A stretch of DNA of 64,000 nt from Escherichia phage AV117, in sequence record OR352947.1; one strand, 5' to 3'. This document shows, in pieces, positions 41,973-51,762 of this stretch (position 1 is the first letter of the stretch; every line of letters starts with the position of its first letter). Below the pieces are notes generated by a model. The model was given only the letters and a program-made list of their open reading frames with translations. It made no database searches and was not told where the DNA came from. A program made the translations under genes and the position numbers.

Positions 41973-43788
41973 AGGACATCCATTCTTTACGAAGTTCTGA
42001 ATCATCACCCAACAACATTTCAAAGAGTTCTTTCCAATTTTCAGGAAGTTTAACTACGTCGTACACAGGGTTTTGAATCATTTCACGATATTCTGACTTT
42101 TCAAGTGAGCCCAATCCCTTGATGTATCGAATACTATGCTTAGGCAGTGTATCTTTAGCTTCTTCATACTCAGCTACAGTATAAAACCATTTTTGAGTTT
42201 TGCCAATTTGTGCAATAATTACAGGCGTTTTAACAAAGCGAATACGTCCTTGTTCAAACAATTCAGGCCAATTACTAAAGAAAGCAAGCAAAGCCGGATA
42301 AATACTTCCAAGACCGTCATGATCGGCATCGGTCATAATTGCAATATTACGATAGTTCGTATTCTCTGCCTTTTCACCAAGAATAAGACCTGTGATAGCA
42401 CAGATATCAAAGAGCTCTTTGTTCTTCATCATATCAGCATATGACATACCCCAGCTATTCATCACCTTACCACGTAATGGGAATCCACCGTGTAGTTCAC
42501 GGTCACGAACATCAATGAGATAACCAATTGCCGAATCACCTTCTGTTAAAAACAATGTCGTATCCGCATCTTTACCGCATTGGTTAGCTTTAATATGCTT
42601 ATGAACCTTAGCTTTAGTTGCCTTTTTAGCTGCTTTAGTTTCTGCAGCCTTTTCTGCTGCCAATTTACGAGCTAATGCTGCTTCAACAATAGGCATAATC
42701 AAGGCTTCGTTTTTAAGAAGTGCCTGAGCAATTTTCTTAGCATCTAATTGGATATGATTACGAATATCACCATACGTTGACGTTAAACGTTCTTTAGTCT
42801 GAGAATCAAAACGCATGTTGCTCATGTCTCTAATAAACATCAACATTGTGAGACATTCTTTAACACGAGCTTTAGTGACTTCAATACCCTTATATTTCTT
42901 TTTAATACCCGGCAAAAGATGTTCGCAGATATCATCCATTACACATTCAACATGATGACCACCATTTTTAGTATGGATGTTATTCACATAAGTTAAATGA
43001 CGGAAGCCGTCTGGTGATGTTGTGAATGCTATAGAGACTTTATCATTTTCTTGAATGATGTTATCTTCACCAAATTGTTTAGCAAATCGTTTAAAATTAC
43101 CATCAACCTTTTTACCATTAAATGTGAACTTGATATCAGGATAAACGACTGCCAATGTTTGAAGCCGGTCTAAAGTAATATCTAAATAAATTTGAGATAA
43201 ATTATGTTCTTCAAATGAAGAGAAATCAGGAGTGAAGATTACTTTAGTGCCTTTACCTTTAGATTTCTTAGAAGACCATGATTTGTTTTCCATCCCGTTT
43301 GAACAGTTAACAGTGATTTCATTTTCGCCATCTGACGTTATGCCTGTAAACAACGTAGAGAAGATATTAGTTAAACTACTCCCGACGCCGTTCATACCAC
43401 CGGTCTTACGTTCAGAGTCATCGCCAAAGTTACCACCAGCCTTTGGAATAGTCCAGGCTGCTACAGGCCCAGGAATTTGTTCACCTGTTTGGTCGGTAAC
43501 TAAACCTTGAGGAATACCACGTCCGTTATCTTCCACCGAAACTTGATTATTTTTAATTTGCACATCAATTTTATTTGCAAACTTAAATGATGTACGAATA
43601 GCTTCATCAACCGAGTTGTCAATAATCTCATCGATTAATTTAACCAGACCAGGAACATATTCAACTTGTTGATATTTACCAAACAAAAAACGTTCGTGGG
43701 CTTCTTTGGCCGAAGAACCAATATACATGCCACTTCGTTTCTTAATATGTTCTACATCTGACAATACCTTAATTTCATTTTTAATCAT
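41971..43788 (-). CDS. 39: DNA topoisomerase II large (ATPase) subunit, single uninterrupted ORF (equivalent to T4 gp39 + gp60)
   Basis: 605 aa; GHKL ATPase N-terminus and Toprim region (LFLTEGDSA) in one ORF. Confidence 0.95.
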   Translation of the reverse strand: MIKNEIKVLSDVEHIKKRSGMYIGSSAKEAHERFLFGKYQQVEYVPGLVKLIDEIIDNSVDEAIRTSFKFANKIDVQIKNNQVSVEDNGRGIPQGLVTDQTGEQIPGPVAAWTIPKAGGNFGDDSERKTGGMNGVGSSLTNIFSTLFTGITSDGENEITVNCSNGMENKSWSSKKSKGKGTKVIFTPDFSSFEEHNLSQIYLDITLDRLQTLAVVYPDIKFTFNGKKVDGNFKRFAKQFGEDNIIQENDKVSIAFTTSPDGFRHLTYVNNIHTKNGGHHVECVMDDICEHLLPGIKKKYKGIEVTKARVKECLTMLMFIRDMSNMRFDSQTKERLTSTYGDIRNHIQLDAKKIAQALLKNEALIMPIVEAALARKLAAEKAAETKAAKKATKAKVHKHIKANQCGKDADTTLFLTEGDSAIGYLIDVRDRELHGGFPLRGKVMNSWGMSYADMMKNKELFDICAITGLILGEKAENTNYRNIAIMTDADHDGLGSIYPALLAFFSNWPELFEQGRIRFVKTPVIIAQIGKTQKWFYTVAEYEEAKDTLPKHSIRYIKGLGSLEKSEYREMIQNPVYDVVKLPENWKELFEMLLGDDSELRKEWMS

Positions 43789-43839
43789 GTTGTCTCCTCG
43801 TTATGAAGGTATTCTATCATCCTAAATCTAAAGCAAAAA

Positions 43840-43851
43840 GGGCCGAAGCCC
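43840..43851 (-). terminator. UUCG-tetraloop hairpin (GGGC-UUCG-GCCC) immediately after upstream gene stop
   Basis: 4-bp GC stem with UUCG loop. Confidence 0.4.
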
Positions 43852-44277
43852 TTATTTAAATTTAATTTTCTGAAGTGCATCAATTGCAGCCAAACGCCCT
43901 TGTTCACTTTTAACTGTAATAACCACATCACCTGATACGATCACCGAACCATCAACAAATTCTACAGAGCCTTTTTTGAAATCGACAGCTGTATCTGGTT
44001 CCGGAACTTCTTCAAAGAATTTAAATTCTGCACCATAAAGCAGAATATCACCTTGCATACTATGAATAGTTCGGCCATAATCGCCTACGGCTTCTACGGC
44101 AATAACCGAAACGCCGTAACCAATCATCTCTTCCACAATAAAATCTTTGGACAATAAAGTAGTATGCAGATTAGTATTAAGACGTTTACCAGTCGTATTA
44201 AGAATTCTCAAGAAATTATCTTCTTGACCTTTGATAATACGATATTTCTTACCAACTTCAAAACCTTTAAAAGCCAT
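43852..44277 (-). CDS. hypothetical protein (141 aa)
   Basis: ORF track. Confidence 0.55.
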   Translation of the reverse strand: MAFKGFEVGKKYRIIKGQEDNFLRILNTTGKRLNTNLHTTLLSKDFIVEEMIGYGVSVIAVEAVGDYGRTIHSMQGDILLYGAEFKFFEEVPEPDTAVDFKKGSVEFVDGSVIVSGDVVITVKSEQGRLAAIDALQKIKFK

Positions 44278-44279
44278 AA

Positions 44280-44459
44280 TTAACCCTTCTTAAGTAAGTC
44301 GTAAAAGCCGCCGTTCACATGTTTAGGAGCAGAAACCCGGCGAGTAGACAGACGATGACATTCAGGGCAAACATCGTTTTCTCGTTCAGAAATCCTTTTA
44401 ATTTTTTCATATTCATGGCCACAATCTTCAGATTGACATTTATAGTCGTATAACGGCAT
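44280..44459 (-). CDS. small zinc-ribbon protein, 59 aa (CxxC...CxxC; FmdB-like), below ORF-track cut-off
   Basis: Manual translation MPLYDYKCQSEDCGHEYEKIKRISERENDVCPECHRLSTRRV... Confidence 0.5.
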   Translation of the reverse strand: MPLYDYKCQSEDCGHEYEKIKRISERENDVCPECHRLSTRRVSAPKHVNGGFYDLLKKG

Positions 44460-44461
44460 TA

Positions 44462-44890
44462 TTATTCCTTAAAATGTGCTTTCAACATTTGATACAAAGA
44501 CCATGCCTGGTCGTTATTTTCGATAGTAATCGTCATCACCGGAAATTCAGACAATTCGTCAAGTTCACCAGAATCTTGCTCTTCGGACGCTTGATATGGA
44601 TTTTCAACTTCGTCAAAGAACTCTGCTTCATTCGTGGAGAGCCAGATAAAGTTTTCATCAAGGATATCACCGCCTGTTGCGTATCCAACCGTGCCAGTAG
44701 ATGTCACAATTTTAGTAGGACGTCCGAGATGGTCAACATCTAAAATTTTAAATGGCTCCATGCCAAGACGTCGTGCATAAATCCCATTATCAGTGTGGTT
44801 TTTAATAAACTCTTCTTGGGCACGTTTATCTTTAAATTGGTACCATGAGTTAACGCGGAATTTATTAGCCATTAGTAAGTTTCCTTCCAA
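44462..44890 (-). CDS. hypothetical protein (start possibly at 44872)
   Basis: ORF track. Confidence 0.5.
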   Translation of the reverse strand: MEGNLLMANKFRVNSWYQFKDKRAQEEFIKNHTDNGIYARRLGMEPFKILDVDHLGRPTKIVTSTGTVGYATGGDILDENFIWLSTNEAEFFDEVENPYQASEEQDSGELDELSEFPVMTITIENNDQAWSLYQMLKAHFKE

Positions 44891-45144
44891 TAAGTTGTAC
44901 CATTTTCAGTGATTTCACGGAAGATGCCATAGATAGGCATTTCGTCACCGAGTTTTTCGTAAACGTAAACCACTTCGGTGTAGCATAAAAATTCGGTCCA
45001 GTTTTTCTGTACAACAACTAAATCAGGATTAAACAGAACATCTTCAAACTCATCGATGTTTGAATCAGTAGTTACGTTTTTAATGATTTGACGTTTCATA
45101 ATATTCTCCTCTTGTTTTGATAGGTCTATAGTATCATAGACCAT
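44872..45144 (-). CDS. hypothetical protein (90 aa)
   Basis: ORF track. Confidence 0.5.
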   Translation of the reverse strand: MVYDTIDLSKQEENIMKRQIIKNVTTDSNIDEFEDVLFNPDLVVVQKNWTEFLCYTEVVYVYEKLGDEMPIYGIFREITENGTTYWKETY

Positions 45145-45157
45145 AGTTGTTGTACAT
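45128..45157 (-). promoter_or_regulatory. early-type promoter-like element with GGTCTAT/ATAGACC inverted repeat
   Basis: variant -35 on minus strand; -10 TACTAT. Confidence 0.35.
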
Positions 45158-45681
45158 CATTTTAGCAAAATAAAATCAACTTGTTCTGACAATGAACGTC
45201 TAAACATTAATTGACAACTTCCGAGGATGAAATCAGGTGCTTCATAGACCGCGATGTAGTATCCTTTAGCTTTCAAGAGTTCAACATCCACCTGGTCATC
45301 AAACCATGCATAAACCGCGTCAACACTTTCAAATCCAAAATATAACCCTTTAGCCCAATCTTCACTCAATTCAAATGAGTGGTCAATTCTATAGTATCTT
45401 AAGATATTTTGTTCAAGGAGTTTGTCTTCATTTACTGTAGGACGATTAGGGACATTATAGTTGTCGCCGTGATGGTAGAAGTTACCTGAGAGTATTCCAT
45501 GCTTATCAAGGAACTCCCATGTTTCTTCAGAGTTGTCGGTGCCCGACCAACCGTATGGCGAACGAGGTTCTTTATTCCAAGAGGTTTCCCAAATTCTGAC
45601 GGCTTTACCATCTTCGATAGCAATTCCTGGTAATGATTCACGTTGAGTACAAAAACTACGTTCTACGCGGTAAACTAACAT
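45157..45681 (-). CDS. hypothetical protein (174 aa)
   Basis: ORF track. Confidence 0.55.
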   Translation of the reverse strand: MLVYRVERSFCTQRESLPGIAIEDGKAVRIWETSWNKEPRSPYGWSGTDNSEETWEFLDKHGILSGNFYHHGDNYNVPNRPTVNEDKLLEQNILRYYRIDHSFELSEDWAKGLYFGFESVDAVYAWFDDQVDVELLKAKGYYIAVYEAPDFILGSCQLMFRRSLSEQVDFILLK

Positions 45682-45707
45682 ATTATTCTCCTCTGGTTGA
45701 TATGGTT

Positions 45708-45736
45708 ATAATATCAAAACCAGAGGAGAAGTAAAC
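45708..45736 (-). promoter_or_regulatory. early promoter (-35 GTTTAC, 17 nt, -10 TATTAT); spacer carries reverse complement of downstream SD region
   Basis: gtaaac 45731-45736; ataata 45708-45713; inverted repeat 45684-45696 / 45717-45729. Confidence 0.55.
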
Positions 45737-45740
45737 AACT

Positions 45741-46160
45741 TTATGCAAAAGATGCTGGACAATATTTTTTGATTTGGAACTCAGGAACTACCATGAACTG
45801 TCCAGCGAAAACGATGTTATAAAGCTTAACACCATCTTCTACCCATTGGTCCGAAATAAAACCAGCAACTTGATTCGTTGTCCATGGAGACCCGTCAGTT
45901 GCAGAAGCAATAGTAAATTCATGGTCTTTTACAACTAAAACAGACCTGCACAGTTTCCATTTGAACGCACGTTCTTCTGGTTCAATGAATTGGCTTTTAA
46001 CATAACCAATGTTACCATCGGCGTCACGAACTTTAACTTCGTTACGTCCAAAAACCGGATCACTCACGTAAAGAACTTCAACCAACTTCCCGGCAACTTT
46101 AGAGCGAGAAGCAACAGATACATATACGTAATCACCTGTAGAGAGATTTACAATATTCAT
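45741..46160 (-). CDS. hypothetical protein, paralog family member 1 (139 aa)
   Basis: Shares DQWVEDG.KLYNIVF.G.F.VV and VS.ASRSK.AG.LVEV blocks with 46170..46688. Confidence 0.6.
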   Translation of the reverse strand: MNIVNLSTGDYVYVSVASRSKVAGKLVEVLYVSDPVFGRNEVKVRDADGNIGYVKSQFIEPEERAFKWKLCRSVLVVKDHEFTIASATDGSPWTTNQVAGFISDQWVEDGVKLYNIVFAGQFMVVPEFQIKKYCPASFA

Positions 46161-46169
46161 AATAATTCC

Positions 46170-46688
46170 TTAAGCTTTAAGAGGAGACACATAGCGAGTG
46201 ATTTCAGATTCTTTAACAACTCGGAAGTCACCTAAGAATACGATATTGTATAGCTTTTCACCATCTTCAACCCATTGGTCGCTAATGAAGCCACACATGA
46301 TATCAGTTGTGCTTGGATAACCGTATTCGTCGATGTAATCAAATTCTTTATCGGTTATAAATTCAACGCCTTTGCAAAGAGCCCATTTGAACTGTACATT
46401 AGGTTCAGTAGAAGCAAAATGAGCGCTCACACGAGTTTCCAGGAATTTAGGACTTACGTAAGCGTACTGAGTATCCTGACGTCCAAAACTAGGAATGATT
46501 CGAACTTTAACTTCTTTAATGCGTCCCATGCCATTTGTGCGAAGTCCGACAACTTCAACCAGACGACCTGCGGCTTTAGACCGGGATGCAGTTGATACAC
46601 GCTTAATTTCACCAATAGTAATCATAATTTCTCTCTCTTTGTTTAAATTGAATTCACTATACTCCATCCATCCTTGGATGTACAACAT
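46170..46688 (-). CDS. hypothetical protein, paralog family member 2 (start possibly internal)
   Basis: Paralog similarity. Confidence 0.6.
   Translation of the reverse strand: MLYIQGWMEYSEFNLNKEREIMITIGEIKRVSTASRSKAAGRLVEVVGLRTNGMGRIKEVKVRIIPSFGRQDTQYAYVSPKFLETRVSAHFASTEPNVQFKWALCKGVEFITDKEFDYIDEYGYPSTTDIMCGFISDQWVEDGEKLYNIVFLGDFRVVKESEITRYVSPLKA
46656..46685 (-). promoter_or_regulatory. early-type promoter-like element with CATCC/GGATG inverted repeat
   Basis: variant -35 TTGTAC; -10 TATAGT. Confidence 0.35.
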
Positions 46689-47224
46689 TAATTAAGGATA
46701 TTAACTACTGCACTACGTGGAACCACACTAAAATCACCGGCATGAACAACGTTCAGAAGTTCAACACCGTCTTCAATCCATTGGTCAGTTACCCATCCAT
46801 TTACTGGACCATCGAATGGGCGTCGAATTGAAACATATTTACACAATAAATCAGTAGGCTCAATAGGCTTAATCAGAGTACCGTACATACAAACGATATC
46901 CATATCAAAGTGGAGACCATCTTTAACAGGTGCTTCTTCAATCAAGAGTTCAAAGTCGGTGCTTGGAAGGGCGGTAGTAGAAATTGTACCGTATAAATTT
47001 TTAATTTCTAAGAATAACCAAGGGCCTTCAACTTGTTTAATGAAGTTAACAATAGTGAAACTATTACCTTGAGTGGCGCCTAAAATTTCACAAAACTTTT
47101 CGTAAGCTCGCACTGAAGCACCGTACCAATTGATTTGTTTTTCGTCTTTCAGGATGTAAGTAGCCGTAGTATTGATATTCATAATGTTTTCCCGTTTGGT
47201 TAAGATAGAAAGATTATACTCCAA
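46688..47224 (-). CDS. hypothetical protein, paralog family member 3 (178 aa)
   Basis: C-terminal DQWIEDGVELLNVVHAGDFSVV block. Confidence 0.6.
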   Translation of the reverse strand: MEYNLSILTKRENIMNINTTATYILKDEKQINWYGASVRAYEKFCEILGATQGNSFTIVNFIKQVEGPWLFLEIKNLYGTISTTALPSTDFELLIEEAPVKDGLHFDMDIVCMYGTLIKPIEPTDLLCKYVSIRRPFDGPVNGWVTDQWIEDGVELLNVVHAGDFSVVPRSAVVNILN

Positions 47225-47242
47225 CCGTCCTTGGTTGTAAAC
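47213..47242 (-). promoter_or_regulatory. early-type promoter-like element (-35 GTTTAC, -10 TATAAT) with CAACC/GGTTG inverted repeat
   Basis: gtaaac 47237-47242. Confidence 0.45.
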
Positions 47243-47246
47243 TGTT

Positions 47247-47939
47247 TTATCGCTGTTTTACACTTAACGGGTCAGGATTCTCAGGGACATCTTCAAGGCC
47301 AAGCGCATAACGCTGAGCATATTTTAACATCAAAATATCTTTAGCACAATCATGAATACTATCATGGGCAACGAATCCTTTTAGCGTACCCATCGGTAAT
47401 GGACACATACTTAATCCTCGTGTCAACGAGTAAGCTTCGATTGCCGTACGAATATCGCGTTGAGCCCAGAATTTAACCGGTTCTAATTTATCAGTATCAA
47501 TATCCGGTTCAAGAACACCTTCATCACGATAGAGGTCACGAATCAAATCGACCAAGATCGGGAAGTCAAAGCTCATACCACGGCACCACATCTGTGATTT
47601 CCATTGGTCAACTTTATTAGCTCGGCAATAGTCTAAAAAGATTTTAATGCCTTCAAGCGTAGTGACATCGTCTTCAGACGGAGCCAAGTTTTTACGTGCT
47701 TCAGCCGATTGTTCTTTCCACCATTTCATAGTGGATTTAGCAAAAACTCGCTTCCCTTTCTGAGAAGCCAAATTAAATTTAATTCGCTTACCTCGTTGAA
47801 CAAGTTCTTCAAATGATTCAACAACTTCAGGGTCGGAATTATATGCAATAACCGCAAGGTCAATAACAGCCGCTTTTGATGTATTGCCGAATGTTTCAAA
47901 ATCTATAATAACATCAGTGCTCATAATTTTCTCTCTCAA
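47247..47939 (-). CDS. dexA: exonuclease A (DEDD-type 3'-5' exonuclease)
   Basis: 230 aa; N-terminal IIDFETFG acidic motif; position upstream of dda. Confidence 0.7.
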   Translation of the reverse strand: MREKIMSTDVIIDFETFGNTSKAAVIDLAVIAYNSDPEVVESFEELVQRGKRIKFNLASQKGKRVFAKSTMKWWKEQSAEARKNLAPSEDDVTTLEGIKIFLDYCRANKVDQWKSQMWCRGMSFDFPILVDLIRDLYRDEGVLEPDIDTDKLEPVKFWAQRDIRTAIEAYSLTRGLSMCPLPMGTLKGFVAHDSIHDCAKDILMLKYAQRYALGLEDVPENPDPLSVKQR

Positions 47940-49249
47940 ATAAAATGGACGTCAAACCGACCACGAGTTGTGCCGACATACAATAACTGTTTAGCTAATT
48001 CTGAATCGGCATAATGGATACACGGTGTATAAACAAAGGCCGTGTCAACAGACATACCCTGGGCCTTATGGAAGGTTGATACTGGTAGTGCCTTCACCTT
48101 AGTGAACATACGTTTAGCATCCCAGAATTCGCTCCATGGAGCTTTACCACCTTTATTCCAAAATTTGTATGTTTCTGCGGTCTTAGCCAAAAACAAATTG
48201 AATTTATAAAGCTCTTCTTCAGAAGAAATAACCTTTATATCTTCGCGGATGTATTCTTCATCATCCCCATATGTTTCTACTGTAAGATTCCAGTATCGTA
48301 TCATATATTCGCCTGAAACACCACGTGCTTTAACGAATGTAGACGTTTCTACAGCATCTCGAATACGAACGAATTGGCCGTTATTGAAAAGCATTTCGGT
48401 CATATTTTTACCATCTAGCTTATATGTCTTAGTAAATGGCTCCTGTAGAACAATGACTTCGTCTTTAATAAATGGTTTTTCTGTTTCAAGAAGTTTTCGG
48501 CGAATAATTGAATTTAGCTTGTCCACCGACTTATTTGTGAATGCCATCATTCGATTTTCGAAAAGGTCTTCAGGAGTTTTAACGACGTTAAAATAGTTCA
48601 TCATATACGATTTAAGGTCTGTATATCCATGAACACCGTGCCCATCAACTACTTTATCGTAAATCCATTTGCCGTTACGAATATCAGTCGCAACATCAAT
48701 AATTGGTGCATTGCTACGTTTAACTTCCGTAAGGTTGCATTGCACGAAGTCTTTGTGAGTGAAGAAAGGACTTAGATACGCAGTTGATTCGCCTGGGTCT
48801 ACCGGACGAATCTGGCATCGGTCGCCGATGCCAATTACTGTACACCATTTAGGGATACTAGCTAACATTATTTTAAACAGAGAACGGTCGCACATTGACG
48901 CTTCATCAAATAACAGTACACGGCACAAGGCTAAGTCGGGGACCTTTTTCTGTTCAAACAATACGTTTTCTTCGTATGTAGTTGGGTTGATTTTAAGAAT
49001 GCTATGAATAGTCGATGCTTCTTGACCTGCAAGTTTGCTTAGAACCTTTTTAGCGGCATGTGTAGGGGCTGCTAAAATAATACCTGATTCTCCAGAAGAA
49101 ATAAGGGCTTCAACGATGAATCTAGTAAGGGTTGTTTTACCTGTACCAGCAGGCCCATTAATAGTTACATGATGTTTCTTTTCTTTAATAGCGTTCATAA
49201 CAACGTTGAAGGCGTTTTTCTGGCCTTCAGTCAAATCATCAAATGTCAT
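47936..49249 (-). CDS. dda: Dda DNA helicase (SF1B)
   Basis: 437 aa; Walker A GPAGTGKTT; matches recalled T4 Dda. Confidence 0.9.
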   Translation of the reverse strand: MTFDDLTEGQKNAFNVVMNAIKEKKHHVTINGPAGTGKTTLTRFIVEALISSGESGIILAAPTHAAKKVLSKLAGQEASTIHSILKINPTTYEENVLFEQKKVPDLALCRVLLFDEASMCDRSLFKIMLASIPKWCTVIGIGDRCQIRPVDPGESTAYLSPFFTHKDFVQCNLTEVKRSNAPIIDVATDIRNGKWIYDKVVDGHGVHGYTDLKSYMMNYFNVVKTPEDLFENRMMAFTNKSVDKLNSIIRRKLLETEKPFIKDEVIVLQEPFTKTYKLDGKNMTEMLFNNGQFVRIRDAVETSTFVKARGVSGEYMIRYWNLTVETYGDDEEYIREDIKVISSEEELYKFNLFLAKTAETYKFWNKGGKAPWSEFWDAKRMFTKVKALPVSTFHKAQGMSVDTAFVYTPCIHYADSELAKQLLYVGTTRGRFDVHFI

Positions 49250-49557
49250 CGTAAAGTCCCTGCAATTGGAATACTAACAATACGGCCTGTGTCCAGGATT
49301 CGTTGATACAATTTTTGCGTCTCCGCATCTAGTTTAATGTGTTTCATTTCAAGCTTATTAAACCAGAACTTACGCGGAGTTTCGACCATTCTTAGAACTC
49401 CCATTTTTAAATCTGTTTTATACTGTGTTTTCAAAGTATCAAAAACTTTATCTGCAATATCCTTTCTAAAAAATACTGCAGGACGATGCTCATCAAGTGG
49501 AACCGGGACAGTAAATCCTTCCATATCTCGATAAACTATTGCATATACATAAACCAT
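49246..49557 (-). CDS. hypothetical protein (103 aa), dda.1-like
   Basis: ORF track; synteny. Confidence 0.5.
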   Translation of the reverse strand: MVYVYAIVYRDMEGFTVPVPLDEHRPAVFFRKDIADKVFDTLKTQYKTDLKMGVLRMVETPRKFWFNKLEMKHIKLDAETQKLYQRILDTGRIVSIPIAGTLR

Positions 49558-49559
49558 AA

Positions 49560-50306
49560 TTAACCTTTAATCAGTTGGAATAATGATGCGCTAAGTGGTA
49601 AGCCACGTTTCAATTTTAATTTACCAATGAAACCAATCTTTTCAAAACGTTGCAGACCTTGGATAACTTTATCATATGTATCGAAAAGCGATTCAGCGTC
49701 AGTTAATTTAGTTTTAGTTTTCCAGTCAGAGCCTTTAAGAAGAACGTTGAGTTTAGTAAGTTCATGGCCTTCTGCTTGATGTGAGCCATTAATGCGTGCT
49801 TTCAAAGCAACAATTCTAAGTTTAGATTCGTTAGATAAAGGTTGATTTTTCATCATGTTCGCCATATGCTTAACACGATTTTCACGTTTTGCTCGGATTT
49901 TTAAAATAGTACCATAAACCTTTTTAATTTGGGCCCATTTCTTCTCGTCGAGATTAAGTTTCTCTACTTTACGGGCAGAAGGATTAGCGATACGTCTTGC
50001 AATGGCATCACGTTTCTCAATAAGTTCTTCTAATGTTAAATCAGAACGAGCCGTGTTATATTTTTTCTTAACTGGGATAACATTACCTTTAATGTAGCCG
50101 ATATCGTTATTAAAACGTTCTAAGGATAATTTCTCACCTTCAACAGAGTTATTGAAAGATTCACCTGAGTAAGCGCAGACCTTTTGATCAAGAATGTTTT
50201 TAAGGTAATTAAAATCTAAGTTAAAATCCTTAGAGCGTCTCTTCGCAGAAGCTCTGGTGTGGTCAAGACGACGATTGATTTTGTTAATTTTATTATTTGA
50301 TAACAT
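49560..50306 (-). CDS. srd: Srd-like protein (putative anti-sigma / sigma-mimic)
   Basis: 248 aa; assigned by synteny between dda.1 and modA only. Confidence 0.5.
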   Translation of the reverse strand: MLSNNKINKINRRLDHTRASAKRRSKDFNLDFNYLKNILDQKVCAYSGESFNNSVEGEKLSLERFNNDIGYIKGNVIPVKKKYNTARSDLTLEELIEKRDAIARRIANPSARKVEKLNLDEKKWAQIKKVYGTILKIRAKRENRVKHMANMMKNQPLSNESKLRIVALKARINGSHQAEGHELTKLNVLLKGSDWKTKTKLTDAESLFDTYDKVIQGLQRFEKIGFIGKLKLKRGLPLSASLFQLIKG

Positions 50307-50355
50307 AATATTTTCCTCTGTCTTACGGACGTTAGGTCATTTAGCTGATAGGTCT

Positions 50356-50384
50356 ATAATATCATGCCCTCAGGTAGTGTACAC
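50356..50384 (-). promoter_or_regulatory. early-type promoter-like element (-35 GTGTAC, 17 nt, -10 TATTAT)
   Basis: Shares GATAGGTCTATAATATCATG block with motA promoters. Confidence 0.45.
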
Positions 50385-50458
50385 TCTTTTTTCGTAAAAT
50401 GCTTTAATTTTTTATGTGTTATAATGGTTCTGAGTTCCATCTGGTTATTCCAATCCAG

Positions 50459-51067
50459 TCAGTAACTGACAATAGACAGATTCCAGATTGTATAACGTCC
50501 GTCTTGAATAATAGAATCTACACGCAGTGTAGTCCCTATAGGGAGCATAAATTCACATTCGTCAGATATAAGTCTAGCATTAGACCGTCTTGTCGCTTCA
50601 GGGAAAGCTCCATTGAACTCGCAAGATGGTGCAGCCAGAATCATATTAAGCATATGTTCACGGAAGTTGAAAGCAAATGGTGCATCTTTGATGCAGAACA
50701 TATTAAATGTTCCATAAAAATTATATGAAGCAAAGTTACGTGCCACACCAAACACTGGACTAAAGCTCATTACTCTGTCAAATTTAATAATACTACCAAC
50801 GCCTTTATCATCGAGTGTGGCCATAGTTTTCTTAGAGATTCCACGATACATTGTCTCAGGAACTGAAGAAGACCAATTTCTACGAACAATTGCACTTAAA
50901 TCTTGTTGGATGCTGTCTGGCTTGTTTTCCATACACTGCCACAGTACACTTTGTTCAATGTCACTGAATTGCTCATCGATTTTGTACTGAAGCATATCTT
51001 GATAATCCGGGCATTGAGCACGACGAACCATTTCTTCAATTTCACACTCGTTATACGGCATAAACAT
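50459..51067 (-). CDS. modA: ADP-ribosyltransferase ModA-like
   Basis: 202 aa; R (YRG) - S-x-S - E-x-E (DECEF) ART motif spacing; synteny. Confidence 0.7.
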   Translation of the reverse strand: MFMPYNECEIEEMVRRAQCPDYQDMLQYKIDEQFSDIEQSVLWQCMENKPDSIQQDLSAIVRRNWSSSVPETMYRGISKKTMATLDDKGVGSIIKFDRVMSFSPVFGVARNFASYNFYGTFNMFCIKDAPFAFNFREHMLNMILAAPSCEFNGAFPEATRRSNARLISDECEFMLPIGTTLRVDSIIQDGRYTIWNLSIVSY

Positions 51068-51095
51068 TTAGGTTTCTCCTGTGGTTGATAAAGGT

Positions 51096-51125
51096 ATAGT
51101 ATCATCATCGGAAGAGTTTGTACAC
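51096..51125 (-). promoter_or_regulatory. early-type promoter-like element
   Basis: variant -35 GTGTAC; -10 TACTAT. Confidence 0.35.
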
Positions 51126-51706
51126 TAAAAATTCAACATTTTCAAATGAATGATTTTGTATAATCGAGATAAAGGGTCATATTCTAAGTCTTCAATTTCC
51201 ACAATCTCAAATCTAGAGATACCTGAGACCATGTACTCTTGTTCAGATTCAATCATATCTAGGACATCGATACGAGTTTCTTCCATAACATGCTTAGGGT
51301 TTTTTCCGGCAAGTACAATGTTAATCATGTTTTGGTAGTAATCAAAAATGAATGGAGCATTCCTGAGACTAAGAATAGTGTACGTCTGATATTCCCAGCT
51401 CCCGGAGAATTGACGAGCTGTACTGAAATCAGTTGTGAACGATGTTACTCGTCCAGGAGACCAATGACATCCAACAGAAAGAAGGGAAAGTCGTTCTACT
51501 TCTTCCGGAGTTACACCGCGGTAGAGTTCTACTGGTACTGTAGAAGTCATATGCTTACGAACAAGATGGTCTAATTCATAGTGGAAATCCGGGTCTTCCT
51601 TAGAATCGGTGCAAGCCCAGAGAATATTTTGTTCTTGGCGGGTGAATTTGCTATCAATCAGATTTGTTAGGTATTCACGTTCTTGAAGTTCAGATTGACA
51701 TGTCAT
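51125..51706 (-). CDS. modB: ADP-ribosyltransferase ModB-like
   Basis: 193 aa; YRG ... SFTT ... E-x-E motifs; paralog of adjacent modA. Confidence 0.65.
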   Translation of the reverse strand: MTCQSELQEREYLTNLIDSKFTRQEQNILWACTDSKEDPDFHYELDHLVRKHMTSTVPVELYRGVTPEEVERLSLLSVGCHWSPGRVTSFTTDFSTARQFSGSWEYQTYTILSLRNAPFIFDYYQNMINIVLAGKNPKHVMEETRIDVLDMIESEQEYMVSGISRFEIVEIEDLEYDPLSRLYKIIHLKMLNF

Positions 51707-51733
51707 GATAGACCTCCATTTAAAGATAAGCCT

Positions 51734-51762
51734 ATCATAACACGAGAGGAGGGAATGTAAAC
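51734..51762 (-). promoter_or_regulatory. early-type promoter-like element (-35 GTTTAC)
   Basis: gtaaac 51757-51762. Confidence 0.4.
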
